64,000 bases of DNA from Trypanosoma brucei. Its lineage: Eukaryota. Made by a program: the position numbers and the translations under genes. The stretch lies in assembly GCA_000002445.1 (NCBI GenBank), contig CM000208.1, forward strand, positions 2,752,001-2,816,000, in the 5' to 3' direction. This document shows positions 31,540 to 39,831 of the stretch, one piece after another. A model generated the notes under the pieces. That model was not told the origin of the DNA. It saw only the letters and a program-made list of their open reading frames with translations, and did no database searches. How positions within the stretch are numbered: position 1 is the stretch's first letter; each line of letters opens with the position of its first letter.

Positions 31540-34497
31540 ATGAAGGGGCAGTCTTCACAGTGTAGGGTCCCACTGCTCGGCGCAGGTTCGTCTGATGACT
31601 GCGACGGCGATAATAATGCCAACCAACCTGTGGCTGCAGTCAGGCGATGTACGAATCGTTTCTCAACAAACATGCCGCTGCTTGAAGAACGACACGACCT
31701 TTCGCTGCGGCAGAAGCTGCAAGCAACGATCCCTACAAGACACCCACGCTTCTATAGTTCGGAAGAAAGGCGTAAAATGGAGCGGTATGAGTCCGTTGAC
31801 ACGTTCGAGCCGGCAACAACAGTATACAAGGACCATCTTGCAGGTCGCAGTCAGGAACCGCGTTGGTTCATATGGGTGTTCGTTGTTGTAATTGGTATTG
31901 CTGTTAGTTTTACAGCCATAGTAGTTGTGGCGTTGTTACACGTGTTTGCAAGCGTGCGTTACGAGCTTCTAGGTTATGGGCTTAATAATTTCTCATTTTA
32001 CAACCCAAACCGCTATCCCGAGCGCTCTCCGGACCATGCGGAGTTGGACTTCACCGCTATGTTCGAGGGTGTTGGCGTTGGTTTGTACGGCATTAGCCCG
32101 CGTTCCTACATGAAAGGGTACCTGATGTGGGTGTCTTTCAGCTTTGTCACATCGCTTATTTCAAGCGTTATTTGTATTTGCGTTCCTGGGAGTGTTGGGG
32201 CAGGTATGCCAGAGGTTATGGCGTATTTAAATGGTGTTGATTACCCCATGTTGGGAAGTTTTGGCGTTTTGCTTGCGAAGATCGCCTCCGTTGTTTTTAG
32301 TGTGGCAAGTGGCGTTTGTACCGGCCATTGTGGTACGTTAATGCTAACTGGAGCCATGGTGGGGGCGCAGACGCTTCAGAGACGGCGTTGGATACAGATC
32401 GAACACGTAAATATTATTGAGTGCTTCAGGAATCCCCGTGATCGTCGGACAATTGTAGTAATCGGTGCCGCGGCGGGCATTGCATCTGCGTTTAATGTTT
32501 CGATTGGGGGTCTCATGGTCGTGGTGGAGTTAATTTCCACTACCATACCAGTCCGCTTCGCTCTTTACGTATTTGCTGCGTCACTGGTTTCTTCGTTGTT
32601 TATTCAAGTTTATTTTTCGCACTTTTTGTATTTTGCTGGGCGCGACCGTACCGGGTATTCATCAGGAGAACTAATATCGGAACTGGTTCAGGTGTTCGCG
32701 TCAACTATTCCTTTTGAGCAGATTGTGAGAATGCATATATTATATTTCATTCCAACTGTTGTTATTGGTTTTATTTGTGGTGCGCTGTCCGGTGTCTATG
32801 TCCGGCTGAGTTGGTTCGCGCTTGTGGTACGGCGGCACTTGGAACAACGCTTCAAAGTGAGAGCCTTCCGCGCGTTGTTACCGGTTGCCTTCACCGTTGC
32901 TTATGTTAGTTTGCACTACTGGATGGTTGTTGCCTTTGGGAGTGCCGGCTGGTCACCCCCCTCGTCGGCGCTGAATCCAACCGATAACACGACAGCTGGA
33001 GGTTTAACAACGCTGCGGTGGGGAAACTCATCAGCGGTGTCTCCCCACTTTGTTGATACTCAGAGCGGGCCTTGCGTTGCCGTGCCCCAAACGTTGTCTG
33101 ATTCGCGTGACGTGTCGGTCATATCGTTCTACGGTGCTAACGGCTTCTTCTGTGCGGCACCAAACAATACAGTGATCCCCGTTACTGCAACCGTGCATGA
33201 ACAACAGGTCTGGATTGTACTGCATTCCTATGCTTCTCTTGCTTTCGCCAACGCAGACTCAGCGCTGCAGACGCTTCTCAGTCTGCGGACAGAGACAATG
33301 CTCTCTCTCCCTGTTCTAATGATATTTCTGCTGATTTACTACACGTCTTCCGCAATTTTCCTTGGAATATCGCCGTGTGGGGACACTGTGTTTCCCACAC
33401 TCGTTGTTGGTGCCACCGTTGGCCGTATTGTTGGTCTTGTGGTGTTCCTCATTGTTAGCCCCGGTAGTCGGTCCTCGTGGGCCGATCCGGGCATTTTTGC
33501 TCTTATCGGTGCGGGTAGTTTTGTGGGTGGCACAACGGGACTTGCGTTTTCCATCTGTACCATCCTGATGGAAAGCACAGGACAGTTTCAACACATGTTG
33601 CCACTCATGGTGGGTATCATGATTGCTAAGAAAACAGCGGAGATCTTCACGCATAATATCAATGCTGTTCTCTTAGAGGCGCGTTGTGTGCCTATGTTGA
33701 ATTATATGAATGTGGTGGAGAAGTATCCCATGTTCGACGCTCGCCACGTTATGTCCTCTAAAGTGGTTGTGTTGGAGACGGTAACTCCCATTGGTCGCGT
33801 GGTGGACGTGCTGGAAAACACCCGCCACAACGCTTTTCCTATTGAAAGCGTTAGGGATCAGACGTACAAGGGGGTTGTGATGCGAAGGCAGTTGGAGATC
33901 GTTTTGTGGCACTTATATTACTCGCATCACCTTTCGACTTGTTCGTATGAGTGCGGGAAGCGTGTTGAGGCATCCCTGTATCGGGATAACCTGCATGGTG
34001 TGCTTCCTCCTCTGGAAAAGTGGTTAGATGCGCAGTTGGATCTCTCTCCATATATTGACTATTCGGGGTTTTGCGTGCTCGCCACCGCTACACTCCCGCG
34101 TACGTATCAAATGTTCCTAACCCTTGGGCTTCGTCATCTGACCGTCGTGGACAGCGGAAACCGGATCGTTGGAATCATCACACGGAAAGATCTTATGGCC
34201 GATCGGATCATTGAGTCAATAATCCGAACTGACAGAAGGCGACGGAGAATCCAGGGGTCGAGAAAACATTCCACAAACACCGGGTCAAGTGATGTTGCAG
34301 ATGTTGAGGTTGCCGGTGGGGAGGAGTCGAGTGAAGTTGCGTCCGGAAGGTCAGCGAGCGGGTGGGAAGCTGCGTTGAAATATGAATTTTACCGCTCTGG
34401 TGAGTGGTGTGTGAGTGATGAGGAAGATAGGGTGTCGGAGAACAATTCCATTAGAGAAGAACCCGGCGGGACTTGGAAACCCGATGCTACTTTCTAA
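31540..34497 (+). CDS. CLC-family voltage-gated chloride channel/transporter with C-terminal CBS-domain pair
   Basis: 985 aa. CLC selectivity-filter-like motifs 'GAGMPEV' (GSGIP), 'GDTVFPTLVVGATVGRIVG' (GxFxP...G..GR) and 'PLMVGIMIAKKTAEIF'. More than 10 hydrophobic helices. C-terminal CBS-like units ('VTPIGRVVDVLENTRHNAFPIE' and 'LGLRHLTVVDSGNRIVGIITRKDL'). Large hydrophilic N-glycosylation-sequon-rich insert (NTTAG, NSSAV, NNTV) between helices. Confidence 0.9.
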   Translation: MKGQSSQCRVPLLGAGSSDDCDGDNNANQPVAAVRRCTNRFSTNMPLLEERHDLSLRQKLQATIPTRHPRFYSSEERRKMERYESVDTFEPATTVYKDHLAGRSQEPRWFIWVFVVVIGIAVSFTAIVVVALLHVFASVRYELLGYGLNNFSFYNPNRYPERSPDHAELDFTAMFEGVGVGLYGISPRSYMKGYLMWVSFSFVTSLISSVICICVPGSVGAGMPEVMAYLNGVDYPMLGSFGVLLAKIASVVFSVASGVCTGHCGTLMLTGAMVGAQTLQRRRWIQIEHVNIIECFRNPRDRRTIVVIGAAAGIASAFNVSIGGLMVVVELISTTIPVRFALYVFAASLVSSLFIQVYFSHFLYFAGRDRTGYSSGELISELVQVFASTIPFEQIVRMHILYFIPTVVIGFICGALSGVYVRLSWFALVVRRHLEQRFKVRAFRALLPVAFTVAYVSLHYWMVVAFGSAGWSPPSSALNPTDNTTAGGLTTLRWGNSSAVSPHFVDTQSGPCVAVPQTLSDSRDVSVISFYGANGFFCAAPNNTVIPVTATVHEQQVWIVLHSYASLAFANADSALQTLLSLRTETMLSLPVLMIFLLIYYTSSAIFLGISPCGDTVFPTLVVGATVGRIVGLVVFLIVSPGSRSSWADPGIFALIGAGSFVGGTTGLAFSICTILMESTGQFQHMLPLMVGIMIAKKTAEIFTHNINAVLLEARCVPMLNYMNVVEKYPMFDARHVMSSKVVVLETVTPIGRVVDVLENTRHNAFPIESVRDQTYKGVVMRRQLEIVLWHLYYSHHLSTCSYECGKRVEASLYRDNLHGVLPPLEKWLDAQLDLSPYIDYSGFCVLATATLPRTYQMFLTLGLRHLTVVDSGNRIVGIITRKDLMADRIIESIIRTDRRRRRIQGSRKHSTNTGSSDVADVEVAGGEESSEVASGRSASGWEAALKYEFYRSGEWCVSDEEDRVSENNSIREEPGGTWKPDATF

Positions 34498-35540
34498 GGT
34501 AAATAATACCCCTAAGCAATGTGGCGTAGTTGTCAATATACCAACGTTGTGATCCGTACCCACCCGCCATTCTCAATGCAGTTACGACCTTGTCTTTAAG
34601 GAGTCATGAATCAAACGTGCGTGTGATGATGATGATTATTATCATCATTCTTTTTTTTCTCTAAAGGATGGCAGAGTTACAGCTTTGTGTTCTGAGGGGG
34701 AGTTTAAGTATGGGTGGGTGTACCTCTACAAAATTGGGCACTATCATCAGTAGTATAACCTGGGAGGGGACCGCTCCCGCAGAAATGAGGTTATGGAGTA
34801 GCGTTTGCGGATGTGATTGGACCCAATTGTATCAGCTTACGAGTTTCAGGGGGAAGGGATGATGGGGGTAGCAGATGTGTGATCAGCAGGAAGCCATAAT
34901 TGGCGAGCAAATCCTACTGACACTAACTGCATTCACGCATCTAAAGAAAACAACAACAACAACAAAAGGAAAGACAATGAAAGTGTGGAAATGGAGAAGA
35001 ACGGGATTGTTGAACTGCTCTTTTGGATCATTTATTTCCTTTCCTTTCCTCTACATTGCCTCTTTGCTCTGTTTGGTTAGTCGAGCCGTCCTGGATTGCA
35101 CCCGACGGTGAAGTTGTTATGTAAAAAAAAAAGAATGGGGCTAACTATAACTCTCCCGCACTTTTTTTTTACTTCCTCTTCCCTTTTGTTGCAAAGGGGG
35201 GAAGAAGGCGAAGTATGCTTTTCTGGTCCATTTCTGTTTTTTCTTTTTTTTTTTTACTGTTTGTAAAAGTGTTCTCCATTGAGGTCGAGCATATCGTCCA
35301 AGAGGGGTAATTTTTTTTTTCCCCTTTCCCTCCTTGGCCAACATCTACTTTCCGTCACCGAAGAAAAGCAGACTAAGGAGAAGCATTTCTCCACTTGCCG
35401 CCGAGGGAAGACATCTCCATTCATTCACATCTACAAGGGCGGAAGAAGCTGAAGATCAGCTGCGGCGCTGTGATAGTGGGGAACCATAGGGGCAAGGTGC
35501 TGGAATAGAGGGAGAACGTGTGTGGTGTAGTTGAAGTTCA

Positions 35541-36995
35541 ATGCAGGCCACTTCTAAATCTACTGGATCTTCTGTTTCCATCACGGGGGAACACGAATAT
35601 GTAGTTTACACAGGTGCCACCCTTATTCCATTTTGCGTTGGGAGTGTTGCGCTTCCTTTAACATTGTGCCGTGCTTCTTCTTCAGCAGTCGCCGCATCCT
35701 CTCAAGCGCATGCATTGTCCTCTGCGTCCCGTGGTAACGCCAAGCAGAAGCGTAGCGGGAAGGGTAGTGGCCAACAAGAAACATCTCGTGACGAGGATAC
35801 TGGAGACAATGTTCATGACTACTGCGCAGGAATCAGTCGCTGCACGCACGTCCGGTATATTTACTTTCGTGATGGTTCCGTAGCGTCGCAGGACCTATCG
35901 TACCGTCATCAGTTATTCATGAAGGCAGATGGTGTGAAGCGGTCTGAAATGTTAGATGGAAAGGAGAGTAACCAGGTGTATAGTGCTTCACCACTGTACG
36001 CATTAGTCGATCGAGTTGTGTTCACTCTTCCTAACGGCTTTCCGGAGCGGCGCCGCGAAGTCACGCACCCGCCGTTTTTCATTGTGGACGACACGTGGGC
36101 GGAACATTTGGTGGAGGTGGAGGTGCACTTTCATCCATGGTTGGGCATAGCCCCTTTTACAGCGAGTCACATGGTTCTCTTAAACCAGCGTGTTGACGTC
36201 ACACCGCAGTTGCTAAGCTCAACTCAAGGCCAATGTAAACCACCGTCAACTGTCATCCTCTCACCCGACGAAGAGGAACGTTTAGCGGGTGTTGGGTCAT
36301 CTTCGCTTATTGGAACGAAGAGGTCCAGAGTACCCGAGTGTGGTGTTGTATTGCCTGAGGAAACTAGTGCAGTGCGTATGGATCTTAGTAATTCTGTTTA
36401 TTCACCTGATATGGTTATCCTTGGCGAACCCGGGTTTCGGGAAAGGCTTGTAGACCTCGTGGGGGCCCCTGTCGTAGCCGAGAGGCGTGATGCGATGCGA
36501 ATATTTCACCCGACGCTTGACGTTGTGCGATATCTTGCCGCTGTGCGAGCAATGCCTCAGCCAGAGTTAATGGCACCACCTCGAATATGTCTCTTGCCGT
36601 GGTACCAGCAGTCGGTTCAACCGCTGGCGACGCAACATACGGAGAAGAAATGCGAGAAAAGTGAGCGGTGCGACCGACACGGGACACGCAGTCGCTCCGT
36701 AATGAATGATGATAATATTTGTGATGACTCCGACCACGAAATTGACGTGGGATCCCTACCCCCCTGGTGCTTTCCATTTGAGGTGATAATTCATGCATGC
36801 GAGTCACGGCGGCAGAGTGGTGCCGTTGATGCCATGCGGGCTGTGCTTGCAGAGCTCAAGAAGGAGCAGTTGGAGTTACGTGAAAGCATTGAACAGAACA
36901 TTGCAGCCGCAACAGCAAATGCAGAAGAGCTGCGGGACGTCATCAAACACATGAGCCAGAGGTGCGCTGCTCTTCAGACGTCGTGGAAGCGCTAG
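35541..36995 (+). CDS. Hypothetical nuclear protein with putative YEATS-like domain (candidate histone acyl-lysine reader) and C-terminal coiled coil
   Basis: 484 aa. The segment 'RVVFTLPNGFPERRREVTHPPFFIVDDTWAEHLVEVEVHFHPW' parallels the YEATS consensus as I remember it ('V.F.LH.SFPNP.R.V...PY.V.E.GWGEF.I.I.I.F'). The C-terminus 'LAELKKEQLELRESIEQNIAAATANAEELRDVIKHM' is coiled-coil-like. Confidence 0.5.
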   Translation: MQATSKSTGSSVSITGEHEYVVYTGATLIPFCVGSVALPLTLCRASSSAVAASSQAHALSSASRGNAKQKRSGKGSGQQETSRDEDTGDNVHDYCAGISRCTHVRYIYFRDGSVASQDLSYRHQLFMKADGVKRSEMLDGKESNQVYSASPLYALVDRVVFTLPNGFPERRREVTHPPFFIVDDTWAEHLVEVEVHFHPWLGIAPFTASHMVLLNQRVDVTPQLLSSTQGQCKPPSTVILSPDEEERLAGVGSSSLIGTKRSRVPECGVVLPEETSAVRMDLSNSVYSPDMVILGEPGFRERLVDLVGAPVVAERRDAMRIFHPTLDVVRYLAAVRAMPQPELMAPPRICLLPWYQQSVQPLATQHTEKKCEKSERCDRHGTRSRSVMNDDNICDDSDHEIDVGSLPPWCFPFEVIIHACESRRQSGAVDAMRAVLAELKKEQLELRESIEQNIAAATANAEELRDVIKHMSQRCAALQTSWKR

Positions 36996-37138
36996 GGAGT
37001 GTGTTCCTTGCGTGTGGTCATGGTTACAGGTTTAGGATGTTGAAGGGCGTTAACCAAGCGAGCGGCATTTACCGTCCCACTTCTGCTGCGTATTGGGGTG
37101 TAACTGTTGAGAAGTCAATTTTTTTGTCTTGAGGCGTA

Positions 37139-37310
37139 CCGTTGCTGTCATCTGCCCAACCCTGTTCCGGTTCCGTTACCAAGCCTGCTCCCCCCCCACA
37201 ATTTCCTGCCTAATATCTTCCCTTTTAGCTTTGTTGCGCACTCTCACATCTGATGCTCCTTTTTTTTTCATTCTTTGAATGATCTCCTTTCACTTCCTCC
37301 CCGCTGTGGG
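37139..37310 (+). promoter_or_regulatory. Extended polypyrimidine-rich 5' flank of the guanylate kinase gene (candidate splice-acceptor region)
   Basis: ccgttgctgtcatctgcccaaccctgttccggttccgttaccaagcctgctccccccccacaatttcctgcc...ctcctttttttttcattctttg. Confidence 0.35.
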
Positions 37311-37464
37311 TGTCGGTGCTCACGTCCGAGGTATCACTAGTAGGGGGTTATAACTGACTGGTAGCAGAAGAGCGGAGTTCTACGCACGCGCGTACACACA
37401 CAATTTTGTATTGTTTCATACCTTATTGATAACTGACGTTATACGTACTGTTCCATTGAAGTAA

Positions 37465-38085
37465 ATGAGCTCTGGAAGCACGAAGCTTGAAGCAATTGTT
37501 GTATGTGGACCATCCGGTGCGGGAAAGACTACGCTCCTTGAGCGTTTGATGGGCGCTTATCCGAATCGCTTTGGATTTTCCGTATCACACACGACGCGTG
37601 CTCCCCGTGAGGGTGAGGTGCACGGCCGTGAGTACTTCTTCTCGACTCGTGAGAGCATGCTCACAATGGAGAAAGAGGGAAAGTTCATTGAACTATGTGA
37701 TGTTCACGGAAACTTGTATGGCACCAGCATTGATGCGGTTAAGGAGGTTCAAAGTACCGGCAAGGTGTGTGTCATTGACATGGACGTGAAGGGCGCGCAG
37801 AAGCTGCGAGCGAGCGGTTACTTGAAGAATGTACTTTATTTGTTTGTCACGGTGCCATCAATCGATGTTCTGCGCGCGCGAATTCAAAAGCGGGGTGCAT
37901 TGAGTGAGGAAGTGCTTCAGCGGCGCATTGCAACCGCTGAGGTGGAGTTGCACTTTTTGGGGGAAAATCCTACCTTTTTTTCCCACGTCATCACAAATGA
38001 GGAGTTGGAGGTATCGTACAAAAAACTGTGCGAAATCGTTGGGAGCGAGTTTCTGAAATATGGTATGGAGGGGTTAAATAAGTGA
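37465..38085 (+). CDS. gmk: Guanylate kinase (GMP kinase)
   Basis: 206 aa. P-loop 'VCGPSGAGKTTL'. Guanylate-kinase signature 'SVSHTTRAPREGEVHGREYFF'. 'CVIDMDVKGAQKL' and 'IQKRGALSEEVLQRRIATAEVEL' match GK family architecture. Confidence 0.92.
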   Translation: MSSGSTKLEAIVVCGPSGAGKTTLLERLMGAYPNRFGFSVSHTTRAPREGEVHGREYFFSTRESMLTMEKEGKFIELCDVHGNLYGTSIDAVKEVQSTGKVCVIDMDVKGAQKLRASGYLKNVLYLFVTVPSIDVLRARIQKRGALSEEVLQRRIATAEVELHFLGENPTFFSHVITNEELEVSYKKLCEIVGSEFLKYGMEGLNK

Positions 38086-38779
38086 TCGTGTGAGTGCCTG
38101 CGTGTGCACGCATTCGATGGCAGAGTGGTGGGACATGTTTTTCTAAAATATGCAAGTGATGCGCTGAAGAACTCTAAGGACATGGGAAAAAAGAATTAAA
38201 AAAAAAAATACTCCTGTTATTATTAATTATGCTATGACATAAACAACGGCAATAATATGTCAATCTGACCCTGATCAGCTTATGGGTAATAGGAGCTGTG
38301 GGATGCGGTGTTGGGGACTAGATATCATGTGAGCCACATCGTAAGTGTGTGTTCGTGTTTAATGGATATAGAGCAAATGGAAACGTTGAACTTGGTTCAG
38401 TGCCGGTCAATGGATCTTCTGGTTAAAAGCGTTCGCACGCCCCTCCCTTGTGGTGTTGGAAAGCTTTCTTAGGGCATACGCGGGTATATATATATATATC
38501 TTCATTGACATGCACATACTGAAATATACATTCCTATGTGTATATATATATTCTTCTTTGTGTGTGCCTTCGTATACGTGTAAACTAAGTGGTGTGTGGT
38601 GGAAACATATAGGGAGGAAACCAACGGAAATGCTTGACGTTTCCTCGCCTTTGTTTTTCTTTACCTTTCCGTGCAGGTCTCGTATGACTCAAAATCTGCT
38701 TCATGTGCTTGGTACAAAACCACTACTGCCGTATTGGGTTACTCTTTGTCCACCAATCATTCAATGTACACGTGGACAT

Positions 38780-38805
38780 ATAATATATATATATATATAT
38801 ATATG
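38780..38805. repeat. (TA)n microsatellite
   Basis: ataatatatatatatatatatatatgc. Shorter (TA)n tracts also at about 38474-38490 and 38531-38548. Confidence 0.85.
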
Positions 38806-39831
38806 CTACTTCTTGTTTGGTTGCCTTGTGACTTCAAGTGGCGGGATGTATGGGGCCTTTTGGCTTATTTATTTATTGAATTTGTGTGACATGTCGACGC
38901 GGTGGGTTTCCATTTCACCTCACTTCACTCCTATTTCTGTTAGCTTTTGCTTTCGCGTTGCTCTTGCGGATGGTGAGGGGGTTCAGGCAATTTCTTCCTT
39001 TCTGTGGCTTCATTCCCCTCTACCCACCCCCGTTACTGTGGAGGTCAGGGCCCGTGGGTTAATGTTTTCATGTTGAAATTTCGGGAGTTTAATACGTAAG
39101 GCAGAAAAGGGTTTCGTTTTGGATGGATATCGCTTCTGCATAAAAGGATGGGCGCAAAGGCTGCTGTACAAATGAGGTTGCTGACGGTTGGTTCCTGCTT
39201 ATTCTGTTTATTCGATGCATTAAAGCTCGTGAGGCAGAGTGAATGAAAATGCATTTTACATCTTTTTTTTGGCATCATTTTTAGTTTCTACGGTTCTGAC
39301 TTAGCACTTCCTTTTTTCTTCTCATCTTTATTGATAATGTGTTACTTTTTTTTTTCGTGGCGGTGAAGTGCGTGAACGGGCGCTAAAGTAACCCCTAAGC
39401 TCTATCTCCACCCTAACGACACTGCAAATCCCTGGCGGCCCCACACATACACGCACTCGCACAGGACCACCATAAGAAAAGGGTGCTTCCACCGTGCACA
39501 GCAACGTTTTCTCCCTTTGCAGGCAAGAAAGAAAACATTTTACACATAAACTTTCCTCATAATTTAAATATTTTAGTTCGGGTTCGACGCTTCGCCCCCC
39601 TCCCCCCCAAATTCATCTGAGAGTCCGGGATGTGTTTGCAACTCACCGCTTCTGCCGGTCAAAGTGGCACTCTATTTTGTCGTCGTTTTCCTTTTTTATT
39701 CTTTTACATTCCCGCCTCCGCATACGTACAACCTCCTCAAATGCATTCTGTTGACAATTCGAACGAGCGAAGAACTTGTCTGCAACGTGTGTGGCTGGCA
39801 ATAGTTGTGCATATTTGTTATATATATATAT

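Noticed and set aside
37571-37789. Overlapping alternative-frame + strand ORFs inside known genes (e.g. 37571..37789 in guanylate kinase, 8482..8763, 13050..13271, 31595..31891)
   Set aside because: They are out-of-frame readings within strongly supported CDSs and have no independent start context. Kinetoplastid genes are not known to overlap this way.
39570-39600. 'gggttcgacgcttcg' resembling a tRNA B-box (GGTTCGANTCC)
   Set aside because: It deviates from the consensus, no matching A-box or acceptor-stem complementarity lies about 35-50 nt upstream, and no cloverleaf could be folded by eye.
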